A stretch of 64,000 nucleotides of DNA. It comes from a virus (lineage: Duplodnaviria; Caudoviricetes). The notes beneath the pieces were generated by a model. That model did no database searches and had not been told where the DNA came from. It saw only the letters and a list, made by a program, of their open reading frames with translations. Shown piece by piece: positions 26,928-36,569 of this stretch. The translations under genes and the position numbers were made by a program. Location: IMG/VR virus record IMGVR_UViG_3300025849_003344, one strand, 5' to 3'. The stretch's first letter is position 1, and each line of letters begins with the position of its first letter.

Positions 26928-27714
26928 GTTTCATTAATTCCTCTACATTTTCTCCACGGTTTGGCAACTTGTCTTTCAAAAAGAAGTGTACAAAATTGCA
27001 CTCAGGAACTTTATTCATTTCAATTCCAGTAAACAAACCATTCCAATTGAAAGTTAGGTTTTTTACCATCATCTTTGATTCCTTTACCCAAACATTTAGT
27101 AGCGTCTGATCTGTTGACCATTTCCAATTACCAATTCCATCTATGAAAGCTTTAAATTCAGGACGCATAAGAAATTGCATCGGCGTTTGATTACGAGTAT
27201 GTTGTAGGATACCTTTATTTAGTACCATCATCCCCATGTTGTAAAAGTCAGCCCCAGCTCCACTCTTATGCTTCCAATCAAACAAATGATTAATGTTTGA
27301 CATGCCATATTGCATACGAGAATAGTTTGCAATCTTATGAAGGTACTGTGGAGTGACAGGCATGTCTCGTTCAAGTACTCCGCCAAAATCATATTCCATC
27401 GGCACTTCATCAAAAATATTAGGAGATCCTGGACGAATCCAAATATCTGAGTCAATGATTGCCACAGAGTCATATTCTTTTAGATAAGCAAAAGCATTTT
27501 CTTTTTCAAAAATAGGCAGATATCCGCCATGCTTTTCATAAGATTCTTTACTACGATTTGTAGCAAAAACATCAGGCTTAATGCGCAAAATAGGCTGGCG
27601 CTGAATAACATGGTCTATATTATGTGCTTTACAATATTCTGCTACAGAAGCCGTACACGCATCATATAACTTTGATTTCTTACCGACATATACCTGGTAG
27701 ATCAAACGTTTCAT
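26917..27714 (-). CDS. GT-A glycosyltransferase (GT8-like)
   Basis: FEKENAF...IIDSDIW...YNMGMMV...DQTLLN...FVHF. Confidence 0.8.
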   Translation of the reverse strand: MKRLIYQVYVGKKSKLYDACTASVAEYCKAHNIDHVIQRQPILRIKPDVFATNRSKESYEKHGGYLPIFEKENAFAYLKEYDSVAIIDSDIWIRPGSPNIFDEVPMEYDFGGVLERDMPVTPQYLHKIANYSRMQYGMSNINHLFDWKHKSGAGADFYNMGMMVLNKGILQHTRNQTPMQFLMRPEFKAFIDGIGNWKWSTDQTLLNVWVKESKMMVKNLTFNWNGLFTGIEMNKVPECNFVHFFLKDKLPNRGENVEELMKHVG

Positions 27715-27717
27715 TAT

Positions 27718-27942
27718 TCACTCCCCTTCAAATTCGCAAATAATATATTTTGCGATATGCATTGCTCTATCATATGATGGTCTAAGTCTATTAGAAGATC
27801 GACTGTTATTAATAAACCATATGAGACTATGTATACCACTGTTCTTATGCTCTTCAGGAATCTTATAGTTTCGTGTAATAGAGTCGAATTCAGTTCTAAG
27901 ATTTAGAATATTAGCTAGGCTGATAGGGTGTGATAAGTTCAT
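27718..27942 (-). CDS. Hypothetical protein
   Basis: Start moved to MNLSHP at 27942. Confidence 0.5.
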   Translation of the reverse strand: MNLSHPISLANILNLRTEFDSITRNYKIPEEHKNSGIHSLIWFINNSRSSNRLRPSYDRAMHIAKYIICEFEGE

Positions 27943-28531
27943 AGAGTGACTTCCAATCTGTGCAAACCTGGATACTATTTGGATTATGTTTTTCTTCCCG
28001 CATGTGCATATTATGTCCATGTTCTATAAGATATGATTCAAGACCTAGTTTAGAACCAAGCTCAGCATTCTCAACCTTGTCTTCAACCCAAATTAATCCA
28101 CTATCTCTATATGGTTCTAGCACTTCATCCTTATCGGCCCCAGTATCACAAAAAATAAATTTAGTGAATGTTGTTTCGCCAAATAGCTTTTTAGTATTAG
28201 CAATGCGTAAATCCTGAGCATGAGTGTCTAAGGACAAGGAAGTAATCATATGAAATGTAAAACCATGCAGCCTATGAAGGAGATCTACGTAATACATTGC
28301 ATCACGAAGAGGTGGAAGAAATCCAATTGCGGCTGATTCGTTGAAGATCTTAACTACACTCTTTTTTTCAGTATTATTTAAACCATATCGTTCACCCATA
28401 TCATAGGCATATTTGTTCTCAGGTTTAATAGTATAACCTCTGTGCGACATCCAAGTATTGAACGCAAATTCCCAATTCATTAGTACGCCATCACAATCTG
28501 TGAGTATTACTTTATCCATATTGTTAATCAT
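27911..28531 (-). CDS. HAD-family phosphatase / 5'-nucleotidase
   Basis: TDCDGVL (DxDG), ITS, VEDK. Confidence 0.85.
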   Translation of the reverse strand: MINNMDKVILTDCDGVLMNWEFAFNTWMSHRGYTIKPENKYAYDMGERYGLNNTEKKSVVKIFNESAAIGFLPPLRDAMYYVDLLHRLHGFTFHMITSLSLDTHAQDLRIANTKKLFGETTFTKFIFCDTGADKDEVLEPYRDSGLIWVEDKVENAELGSKLGLESYLIEHGHNMHMREEKHNPNSIQVCTDWKSLYELITPYQPS

Positions 28532-29211
28532 CCGAACAACACCTCTTTCTTTTGGCTATTATATAGTTCAATAGTTTCATGCAATTTTTGTGTCCAATTG
28601 TCTCTATGCTCTTTAAAGACAATAGGTTTGCCACCATCTACGTCCATAAGAATAGCAAGATTAGGAATAGCCATTCCGGTTTGCTCTTCCCACATGATAG
28701 CATATGCCGCGGCTTGTTGAAAATATCCACCAATCATAGATTTTTTCTTAGGCCATTTAGAAGTCTTAAAGTCTACGATAGTAGGAACACCTTCAAATAT
28801 ACAAACACAATCACATGTGCCTGCCATTTTGAGATGATCACTAAAAAGCGCAACCTCTAGCTCATAGATTTTTTCTATGCCATCATTTAAAATTGGTTTT
28901 AGATTTACTAGACTTTGCATAATATGTGGCGAGATGCCCTTAGCATAGTCTGGATTATTTGAAAGATATTGCTCTATCAAATCGTGAACTGCGGTTCCAC
29001 GCTTGGCGGCTTTACTGCCGATCTTATTGGCCTCTTCTTCGCCTACTCTTGCTTTCCATTTAGCAATACTTGCAGCGCTTAGAATGCCAGTAACTGTTGT
29101 TACTGAAGGATAGGCCACTCCATCGGGTGTAACGTATCGTCTGCCATTGTCTGTAGTTTCTCGATTAAGAGTATCATAACCCTTTGAGATCTTTTCATGT
29201 ATAAACTGCAT
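28528..29211 (-). CDS. PD-(D/E)XK exonuclease (RecB/Cas4-like)
   Basis: YPSVTTV...RGTAVH...AGTCD...IVDFKTS...QAAAY; early promoter 29237-29265. Confidence 0.9.
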   Translation of the reverse strand: MQFIHEKISKGYDTLNRETTDNGRRYVTPDGVAYPSVTTVTGILSAASIAKWKARVGEEEANKIGSKAAKRGTAVHDLIEQYLSNNPDYAKGISPHIMQSLVNLKPILNDGIEKIYELEVALFSDHLKMAGTCDCVCIFEGVPTIVDFKTSKWPKKKSMIGGYFQQAAAYAIMWEEQTGMAIPNLAILMDVDGGKPIVFKEHRDNWTQKLHETIELYNSQKKEVLFG

Positions 29212-29268
29212 GTGATTCCTAACATAATATTTTACTATTATACCATATCACATGCAGCTTGTACACAC

Positions 29269-30135
29269 TTAACCTAGAAGTTTTTCTAACGTATTTGGTC
29301 CAGCAATACCATCAGGAGTTAAACCTTTTGACGCTTGCCATTTTTTAAGCGCTCGCTCAGTTCCTGGTCCAAACGAACCGTCAGCTCCGATGCCTAATGC
29401 TTCTTGCATCATTTTTACACCAGCACCACGTGAACCTTTACGCAATACACCAATGTCATCAACATCAGGTGCATCATCATTATCATTTAATGAGTCAAGC
29501 ACGACAGGAGCACCAAGGACAGCCATCGCTTTTACATAACGAGCTTGGCGATCAGCCAAACCAATATTACCACCATTGATTTTTTTGGTCATACGTACTA
29601 CATCATCAGTGTCTGCAATATCATTTAGATTGTTTGCATCCCAAAACCAACAAGCACTTTCGACAGCGCCTTTTGGCGTAGCAACATACCGTGAAGCTTT
29701 TTCAGCATCCATACCGACTGACTTACCAAATCGCGTATAGTTCTCACGACCAGTAAGTTGTTTCAATCCACGACCTCGGAACATCCATCCATCTCCTGGA
29801 TTTACGTTACCCATTTTATATTTACGAAACTCATCCTGATATACGTAGTTTGCAATCTTTTCTGGTTTGCGTGCATATTCGGCAGCATTACGTTTAGTTC
29901 CGCCTGTACCAAAATACCGGCCGAATACAGCGTTCAAAGCTTTTTCACTATAGTTTAGATTTTCAGATAAACTACGGAAGTTGTTTGATTCGTGTGCACA
30001 CTGAGAAATGAAATGTGCGATCCTTCGTTTAGAAGTAATACCATACTTTGGCATAATGGCAGCCAAGGCTTCATGCCACGCTTTCACATCTTTGTTACCT
30101 GGGATTAGTTTTGCTAGTTCTGCTTCGTTTAGCAT
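29269..30135 (-). CDS. GH19 endolysin with C-terminal peptidoglycan-binding domain
   Basis: QCAHES...FRGRGLKQLTGRENY...TKKING; DGSFGPGTERALKKWQ...DGIAGPNT. Confidence 0.92.
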   Translation of the reverse strand: MLNEAELAKLIPGNKDVKAWHEALAAIMPKYGITSKRRIAHFISQCAHESNNFRSLSENLNYSEKALNAVFGRYFGTGGTKRNAAEYARKPEKIANYVYQDEFRKYKMGNVNPGDGWMFRGRGLKQLTGRENYTRFGKSVGMDAEKASRYVATPKGAVESACWFWDANNLNDIADTDDVVRMTKKINGGNIGLADRQARYVKAMAVLGAPVVLDSLNDNDDAPDVDDIGVLRKGSRGAGVKMMQEALGIGADGSFGPGTERALKKWQASKGLTPDGIAGPNTLEKLLG

Positions 30136-30144
30136 AGTGATTCC

Positions 30145-30846
30145 TTATAGGTTTAACATTTCTTTTGTCATAATATAATCTCTAACAAAATCAGATCGGA
30201 CAATATCTTCCCACCCAAAATTGATAATATCAAAATTCTTAAGTTGTTCTACAATCGATACAAATTTGTATATTCCTGATCTGTCATCGCTGTATTTAAA
30301 ATCAGTTTGAACCGAATCTCCTGAAAAGATTATTCTTGAGTTTTTGCCGACACGGGTTATTACGGAATCAAGTTCGTGGAAGTTAAGATTCTGCATTTCA
30401 TCAACAAGGATAACAGCATTATCTATAGTCACGCCACGAATAAATGATGTTGATTGAAATTCTATTCGTTTAGTATTTATCGCTTTACTCCAAGATCCCT
30501 TATCACCAAACAATTCATCACAAATTGCTTTGTATGGCGCAGTGTAAACATCTTCTTTTTCTTCTTTAGTGCCAGGAATGAATCCCATGTCACGCGTGGG
30601 AACCATAGATCTAATTACGATTAACCTATCCTGTAATGTTTCAGCATCAAGAATACATTCAAGTCCGAGATACATTCCCATAAAAGTTTTACCTGTTCCG
30701 GCAGATCCAGTAAGTATTAGATTATCACCTTCATCCCAACTTTCATAAGCTCTTGCTTGATTGTTAGTAAGAGGTTCATATTCCAATAGATCATCGATTC
30801 TAACCTGCATAGTTCGGTGCGGCTTTGCCATTTTACGAGTCTTCAT
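30145..30846 (-). CDS. phoH: PhoH-family ATPase
   Basis: GSAGTGKT...FIRGVT...VDEMQN...GDSVQTD. Confidence 0.92.
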   Translation of the reverse strand: MKTRKMAKPHRTMQVRIDDLLEYEPLTNNQARAYESWDEGDNLILTGSAGTGKTFMGMYLGLECILDAETLQDRLIVIRSMVPTRDMGFIPGTKEEKEDVYTAPYKAICDELFGDKGSWSKAINTKRIEFQSTSFIRGVTIDNAVILVDEMQNLNFHELDSVITRVGKNSRIIFSGDSVQTDFKYSDDRSGIYKFVSIVEQLKNFDIINFGWEDIVRSDFVRDYIMTKEMLNL

Positions 30847-31079
30847 AATTTAATTGTGTTTCCTCTTCCCGAGCCCTTTTTGATTTCACCTAGATGATCT
30901 TTCCAAGCATTATCGGTTTTGTTAATCATATTTCCTGTACTAGTAACAAAATTTGGCGTGGAGAGACATTGCTCTAACTTATATTCTTCGCACATTTCTT
31001 GTAATTCTTTATAAGAACATCGTACTTCCCAAGAATTACTATCTTCTATGTCACTGCGCTTTACTCGATAAATCGGCAT
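30843..31079 (-). CDS. Hypothetical protein (FmdB-like N-terminus, no CxxC)
   Basis: MPIYRVK...; usual position before phoH. Confidence 0.55.
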   Translation of the reverse strand: MPIYRVKRSDIEDSNSWEVRCSYKELQEMCEEYKLEQCLSTPNFVTSTGNMINKTDNAWKDHLGEIKKGSGRGNTIKL

Positions 31080-31089
31080 TATGAATTCC

Positions 31090-31350
31090 TCACTTTTTTC
31101 TGCGTGATGCTATAGACTCAGCAGTTTTTTTCCACTTTGACCAAGCTTCATCAACATTGTATCTATACATCACATTCCATTGCTTAGACATATTAGACCA
31201 AAGTTGGATGTGTTTTATTTCGGCCTTATTAGAAAGGCAAACGAGTCTAAGCATAGTGTCACCTATGTTGACATTTTCAAGAATGTCGTAGTCTCGTTGA
31301 AAGAACCCAGCGTCCTCGGCGGTGCGTTTTTCTTTTTTACCTTTGACCAT
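31090..31350 (-). CDS. Hypothetical protein
   Basis: ORF in operon. Confidence 0.55.
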   Translation of the reverse strand: MVKGKKEKRTAEDAGFFQRDYDILENVNIGDTMLRLVCLSNKAEIKHIQLWSNMSKQWNVMYRYNVDEAWSKWKKTAESIASRRKK

Positions 31351-31645
31351 ATTTATCCCTTAATGATTCTAATCCACCTTGCACTCTAGATGGATAATCT
31401 CCAATAAAAGTGCCAGCAGTGAGTGTATCTATCGATAGGTAATCTTTATGAAAGTGGTGAATATTCATCCAATCGTCAAGCATAACTTTAGACATATTAT
31501 CAAAAAACGCATCAGACAATATTGGATTATCTTCGACATAATAAGCATATGATGCCATAAGATACCATGGCACCATCATACTAATGTTTTTGTCAAACAA
31601 AGATTGAGCTTGAGTATCAAGCATAAGCATTGATGAAGTTTTCAC
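31337..31645 (-). CDS. Stand-alone LigA domain Ia-like protein
   Basis: YAYYVEDNPILSDAFFD matches YYxxDxPxxSDxEYD. Confidence 0.6.
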   Translation of the reverse strand: MKTSSMLMLDTQAQSLFDKNISMMVPWYLMASYAYYVEDNPILSDAFFDNMSKVMLDDWMNIHHFHKDYLSIDTLTAGTFIGDYPSRVQGGLESLRDKYGQR

Positions 31646-31874
31646 CAGCTAATGTGACGTATGCATAACCGTCTGATGGGCTAATGTGACGAGAAATAAA
31701 ACCAGCATCAATAAGCTGCTCCATTTTAGCACAATATGTTGCATATGATTTAGAGAAACCAGAAAGATCTGTACCAAAGTTGCTAACGTGAATCGGCTTA
31801 CGTACGCCATGTTTTGCTTCAGAAGCAACTGCGTTTTCAAGGATTTCACGCTGGATTTTTACGAGCTTTTTCAT
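31617..31874 (-). CDS. Hypothetical early protein (possible winged helix)
   Basis: QLIDAGFISR...YVTLAG; early promoter 31910-31938. Confidence 0.55.
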   Translation of the reverse strand: MKKLVKIQREILENAVASEAKHGVRKPIHVSNFGTDLSGFSKSYATYCAKMEQLIDAGFISRHISPSDGYAYVTLAGENFINAYA

Positions 31875-31972
31875 TTTGATCTCTTTCTTGTTATCTTGTT
31901 TCTATAACCAGAATAATACATTTGAGAAGTCTTGTACACACTTATTTTCACTTATTTTCACTTTTTTTGCAT

Positions 31973-32539
31973 TTAAGCGGCAATAATATTAAACCATTGT
32001 GGAATAGAACGCTTTGACCATACCATATTAAAACGATCTTGTTTAGTCTGATAGTATTCTTTATAAGATCGAACAGGATCACCCTCATACATACATTGTG
32101 GTTCATGTTGCATAGCAAGAGGAAAGTCTGTATATAGGTTAGACCATTTAATACCGCTAGGTGGTTTACTTAGCATATCACGTAGCTTAGTCTCTGTGGC
32201 ATGGATTTTACCATAACGATGTGTGTATTCTTCGCACAGCGCCACAAAATGTTTATAATGCCATTCGTAATTAGCATTTGTCTGCATAGTCCATACAGTA
32301 CACGGGTGACCATGATGTACTGCTTTATATAGTAATTCTTCGTGTGAATGCTTTGGATGGACCCAGTAATTAGACATACGTTTGCCTGATTTCGATGGGC
32401 GTTTTTCCACGTAGCCGTCAAGCATACGGTGTGCAGTAGATAGCATTTGTGCTGACTCTACAATCATTTTTACAACATGTTTGTCACATTGTAGTTGTGC
32501 CGCTTTTACTGGGCAAGTATCTAGTATAAAGATATTCAT
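31973..32539 (-). CDS. denV: Pyrimidine dimer DNA glycosylase / endonuclease V family
   Basis: MNIFIL...CDKHVVKMIVESAQMLSTAHR...HPCTVW...EYTHRYGKIH. Confidence 0.85.
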   Translation of the reverse strand: MNIFILDTCPVKAAQLQCDKHVVKMIVESAQMLSTAHRMLDGYVEKRPSKSGKRMSNYWVHPKHSHEELLYKAVHHGHPCTVWTMQTNANYEWHYKHFVALCEEYTHRYGKIHATETKLRDMLSKPPSGIKWSNLYTDFPLAMQHEPQCMYEGDPVRSYKEYYQTKQDRFNMVWSKRSIPQWFNIIAA

Positions 32540-32569
32540 GTATTATCCCCTCCAACAGAGTACACTCTT

Positions 32570-32597
32570 ATTATACCACGTTGGAGGGAAATGTAAA
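32570..32597 (-). promoter_or_regulatory. Early promoter embedded in an RBS-sequestering inverted repeat
   Basis: TTTACA-N16-TATAAT; 9-bp arms at 32548-32556 and 32580-32588. Confidence 0.7.
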
Positions 32598-32604
32598 CCC
32601 CTTA

Positions 32605-32760
32605 TTAAGTTAAAGATTGATTAATGCGACTGTCAAGATAGACTTGTTTTGCTAAGATCTTTTGGTAAAGAACATCCTTGCCACGTTGTTTGAGCTTTTC
32701 TGCATATTCACGTAGCTCAGTGGAATCTTGGATCAAGCGGTCTAATTGAATTTTTGACAT
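32605..32760 (-). CDS. Hypothetical 51-aa protein
   Basis: Hand translation MSKIQLDRLIQDSTELREYAEKL...NQSLT. Confidence 0.55.
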   Translation of the reverse strand: MSKIQLDRLIQDSTELREYAEKLKQRGKDVLYQKILAKQVYLDSRINQSLT

Positions 32761-32802
32761 TCATATTTCCTTAATTTACTTAAAGTTTATAATATCACTT
32801 TC

Positions 32803-33237
32803 TCATAACGAATCTTTCAACAACCCTGGAAAAGCTTCTTCCACGGCGGGTCGTGAAATTCCTTTAGGTGCTCGCTTGTTCGTCATATCAACGACAAGCT
32901 GGGCATCCTTTGGATGAATTCCTTCGATGATTTCAAAGAAAATTCTCTCTCTTTTATATGCAGGCATAGCATCATGTTGCGTACCCTTTACAAAGTATAC
33001 AAAACGCTTATGCTCTTTAATTAAATTTTTTGGTGCGCTATGATCCTCTCCTGGCGTGTATGGTGGATCGCCAGGGGGTAACGCAAACTCTACGGTAGAA
33101 TCCATAGATCCTCGTAGTATGTCTTTAAGTGCCCAAGTTTCGTTTGCTTGTAGTACAGCAACAACTTCGGCTTTCGATCTTTTTCTTCGTGCTTCGTCTA
33201 GCACTTCATGAATCATTTTAGGGTAGCTATCAGCCAT
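32803..33237 (-). CDS. Conserved hypothetical T4-like protein (DUF6433-like)
   Basis: LPPGDPPY...KRERIFFEIIEGIHPKDA. Confidence 0.7.
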   Translation of the reverse strand: MADSYPKMIHEVLDEARRKRSKAEVVAVLQANETWALKDILRGSMDSTVEFALPPGDPPYTPGEDHSAPKNLIKEHKRFVYFVKGTQHDAMPAYKRERIFFEIIEGIHPKDAQLVVDMTNKRAPKGISRPAVEEAFPGLLKDSL

Positions 33238-33261
33238 CTTTTCACCTCACTATGTTTTTAT

Positions 33262-33678
33262 TTATACTTTTACTTTTACGTGTTTTGAATGTATTTTACA
33301 TCCTATGAACTCGTTATAGTAATCATCACTAAGTAATACATCATATTGAAACTGTAGCTTTGCTTCATAGTATGAGCATTCACCTTTACTTATGCATAAT
33401 CTTAGTATCTCTTTATGGTAGTTGTCTATACCCTTTTGCTCAATGAGCTTCTGTACGGCCACGCTGGAGCCCGTGTATGTGTACCAGTCAGACATAACGC
33501 GAGTCTTTACCCGCCTCTTCCTTGTCTTAGTAACGGGTAAGATTTTCGGTTTCCAGAAGAATTTCTTACCGATGTATTTTTTACCGGTATCTAACTCGGT
33601 AATGCAATAGACAAAGCCCTGATAATCCTTAAGATCATCAGGGCCAAGCTCAAAGTTTTTGTTTTCATATAACCACAT
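33262..33678 (-). CDS. GIY-YIG-like endonuclease
   Basis: GFVYCITELDTGKKYIGKK...YTGSS...YYEAK. Confidence 0.8.
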   Translation of the reverse strand: MWLYENKNFELGPDDLKDYQGFVYCITELDTGKKYIGKKFFWKPKILPVTKTRKRRVKTRVMSDWYTYTGSSVAVQKLIEQKGIDNYHKEILRLCISKGECSYYEAKLQFQYDVLLSDDYYNEFIGCKIHSKHVKVKV

Positions 33679-33691
33679 AAGGCTATCTATA

Positions 33692-33829
33692 CTAGTATTC
33701 GTCTGAGTCCATTTCTATAGCATTAGTAGTATTACCACAAAATGGACAATAGTCTGGTGCCATACCAGACTCACTTTCGACTTCACAATCTTCATCACAA
33801 AAACTACATTCAATTTCGTACTTACTCAT
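33692..33829 (-). CDS. Small zinc-ribbon protein (45 aa)
   Basis: Hand translation MSKYEIECSFCDEDCEVESESGMAPDYCPFCGNTT... Confidence 0.7.
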   Translation of the reverse strand: MSKYEIECSFCDEDCEVESESGMAPDYCPFCGNTTNAIEMDSDEY

Positions 33830-33832
33830 TAA

Positions 33833-35479
33833 TTATGCCTCACAGCTCGCGCAGTTCATGATGTCCCGTACCAACTCTTGAGCTGGATTAGCAGAACGTT
33901 GATAGTAAAAGGTCTTGACTCCAAGTTTCCAACCTTCGATGATAAGAGCATTCACGTCTTTTGCCGATACTTCTGGATGTATCATAATATTTAATGATTG
34001 CGCTTGGTCTATATATTTCTGTCTGGCAGCAGCTTGTTGGACAATAACCAGTGGTGTGATTTCGCTAAATGTTTTAAACACGCTTTTTTCGTGCTCAGTT
34101 AAGAAATCAAGATGCTGTACAGATCCACCGCGCTTTAGTATTGTTAGCCAAGTATCTTCGTCATCTCTGCCATATGTTTCTAATACAGTTTTTAGATATG
34201 GGTTTCGATAAGTAAACTTACCTTTGGCCAGATCCTTTGTAAAGTAGTTAGATGCCAGTGGTTCGATAGATGGGCTAACTTGTCCTAAAATGAAGCTGGA
34301 TGATGTCGTAGGAGCCACAGCAGTCCGCGTGAGGTTACGTTGTCCATAACCTAACATTCCAACAGGCTCTCCATATTCAATCGCTAATTCCTTAGAAGCT
34401 TCTAAGGATTTCTCATCGATGAATTTAGAAACCTTTGTTGCGGTCATATGTGCTTCAAATGATTCGAATGGAATAGATTTCGACTGCAAATAAGAATGCC
34501 AGCCAAGTTGACCTAAACCGAGAGCTCGCCACTTCATAGCAAAGTTACGGGCCGAATCCATGAACTTGATGCCATCAGTCTTCTCAATATACTCTTCCAT
34601 AACAGCATCAAGAAACCAAATCATAGTTTCGACAGCATCAGTTTCCATCCACTCGTCTGCAGTTAGAAGATTCATTGATGCTAGGTTACATACAAATGAT
34701 TCTTCTTCATTAGCAGGCAGACATATCTCTGAGCATAAATTAGATGCCCAAATATTGATGCCCTCATCTTTAAGAACTTGTGGCTTGTTATTGTTTACTG
34801 TATCCTTAAAGAACAAGTAAGGATAACCACTCTCACGGCGCTTGCGAAGTATGCGAGCCCACACAGTGCGCTTATCATTATCTCCTTCAATCATATCCTG
34901 CATCCACTCATCACCAATCGTGACGCCAAGACTTAGGTTTATAATAGAAGAACCTTCTTCACGCGCATCTAGAAATTCCATAATGTCAGGTGATTCTACA
35001 TCAAGATATGCAGCAAATGAACCACGGCGGACATTGCCTTGTGCAACAACATCTACAGTAGTTTCAGTTAAGTTCATAAAGTGTACAGGACCGTCTGCTG
35101 TACCACCAGATTTAATAGGCGTACCACGTGGACGCAAAGCACCAAAGTAACCAGAAGTTCCGGCACCCATTTTAGTTTGCATGCCAACTTCTGCTACTTT
35201 CGTTAGAATAGATTCCATATCATCATTAATGAATACACCATTACATGAGATAGGTAATCCCTTCTTAGTTCCAAAGTTTGACCATACCGGAGACGATAAG
35301 CTATAAAACCCTCGACTCATATAGTCATAAAACTTATCGGCAAAACCTTCTTTATCCAAGATGGTTTCTGCTGTCTGTGCAATACCCCGCACACGTTCCT
35401 CGGCGGTCATGTTACCGTCGATATATCCACGACTTAGGAAGAGTCGTGAATCGTCATTGAGCCAATCAAATGCCATCAT
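33833..35479 (-). CDS. nrdA: Class I ribonucleotide reductase alpha subunit (no ATP cone)
   Basis: LPISC, SNLCSEI, APTTSSS, KTFYY, C-terminal CASCEA. Confidence 0.95.
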   Translation of the reverse strand: MMAFDWLNDDSRLFLSRGYIDGNMTAEERVRGIAQTAETILDKEGFADKFYDYMSRGFYSLSSPVWSNFGTKKGLPISCNGVFINDDMESILTKVAEVGMQTKMGAGTSGYFGALRPRGTPIKSGGTADGPVHFMNLTETTVDVVAQGNVRRGSFAAYLDVESPDIMEFLDAREEGSSIINLSLGVTIGDEWMQDMIEGDNDKRTVWARILRKRRESGYPYLFFKDTVNNNKPQVLKDEGINIWASNLCSEICLPANEEESFVCNLASMNLLTADEWMETDAVETMIWFLDAVMEEYIEKTDGIKFMDSARNFAMKWRALGLGQLGWHSYLQSKSIPFESFEAHMTATKVSKFIDEKSLEASKELAIEYGEPVGMLGYGQRNLTRTAVAPTTSSSFILGQVSPSIEPLASNYFTKDLAKGKFTYRNPYLKTVLETYGRDDEDTWLTILKRGGSVQHLDFLTEHEKSVFKTFSEITPLVIVQQAAARQKYIDQAQSLNIMIHPEVSAKDVNALIIEGWKLGVKTFYYQRSANPAQELVRDIMNCASCEA

Positions 35480-35487
35480 ATACTCCT

Positions 35488-36471
35488 TTAAAATAAATCA
35501 TCTACGCTAATGCCTTTTCCTTTAGCGTATTCAACAGGCCGCTTCTGAAAGAAGTCTGTCATGTTTGCGCCATACAATTCTTCATCAAACCAAAACGTTT
35601 CGTCTGATAAGGCTTTGTCATACACAATTTCACTACTATCAAATCCAATTGAATCAATTGATTCTGCCATACGTTTAGCGATAAAGGCCTTAAGAATATC
35701 AGCACTTAGACCTGGAGCAGAATATCCGTCCATAATCCAATCAATTACCTTGCTCTCTGCCTTTAATGCTTCGATGCACTCTTCTTGTACACGGGCCTGT
35801 AGTTCTTCATCAAATAATTCTGGATACTCTTCACGTAGCGTCTGGATCAGCTTGATGCCTACCTGAGCATGAAGCATCTCTTCGTTACGTGTATATTGTA
35901 CCTGTTGAGCACAATCTTTCATTACTGCTTTATTACGATTAAGGTGCATAATGATATAGAATTGGCTAAACAGAGATACGTTTTCAACAAACAATGTAAA
36001 TAGCATAATAGAATAGATATATTGTTTTTTGTCATCCGCATATACTTTTTGATTGTATTTACGTAAATAATCAACACGCCCCTTAATCACATCAACGTTT
36101 AAGTTCTCTTCAAATACGTGTGTGAGATGCAATACATCTAGGATTTTTTCATAGGCCATGTTGTGAATGACTTCTGAATTGGCCATAGCGTAGCCAAGAT
36201 CCTTGATTGATGGATGTGGCAAATGATTTCCAATATCTGCCCAAAACGATTTTACTGCTATTTCAATTTGACCAATTGCGCTCATAGTCTTAACAACAAC
36301 TTCTTGCTCGGCTGGAGTCAAATCTGTTTTAAACTGCGAGTAGTCTGACCGAAAATTAAATTCATCCGGCGTCCAAAACCCCTTCCAAATTGCTTCGATG
36401 AACTGCTTCGTCCATGGATACAAATCGGGTTTTCGTGCAATTTGTTCTTCAAATAGCATTCGTATCTCCAA
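35488..36471 (-). CDS. nrdB: Class I ribonucleotide reductase beta subunit
   Basis: FWTPDEF, EVIHNMAY, ENVSLFSQF, NEEMLH, DFFQKRPVEY. Confidence 0.95.
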   Translation of the reverse strand: MEIRMLFEEQIARKPDLYPWTKQFIEAIWKGFWTPDEFNFRSDYSQFKTDLTPAEQEVVVKTMSAIGQIEIAVKSFWADIGNHLPHPSIKDLGYAMANSEVIHNMAYEKILDVLHLTHVFEENLNVDVIKGRVDYLRKYNQKVYADDKKQYIYSIMLFTLFVENVSLFSQFYIIMHLNRNKAVMKDCAQQVQYTRNEEMLHAQVGIKLIQTLREEYPELFDEELQARVQEECIEALKAESKVIDWIMDGYSAPGLSADILKAFIAKRMAESIDSIGFDSSEIVYDKALSDETFWFDEELYGANMTDFFQKRPVEYAKGKGISVDDLF

Positions 36472-36569
36472 AATTTTTGTGATTTCTTTTTACATATGGT
36501 GTATTATATATTAGAAATAATACTTCGTACATCGAATAATAGCTAATATGTCACAACATATTTTATATT

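Noticed and set aside
28528-29211. Cas4 as part of a CRISPR system
   Set aside because: Ordinary stand-alone PD-(D/E)XK exonuclease of T4-like phages; no array or other cas genes.
33262-36471. Intron or intein in nrdA/nrdB linked to the GIY-YIG gene
   Set aside because: Both genes are uninterrupted; the endonuclease-like gene is free-standing. gp41, uvsX and thyX also show no insertions of intein size.
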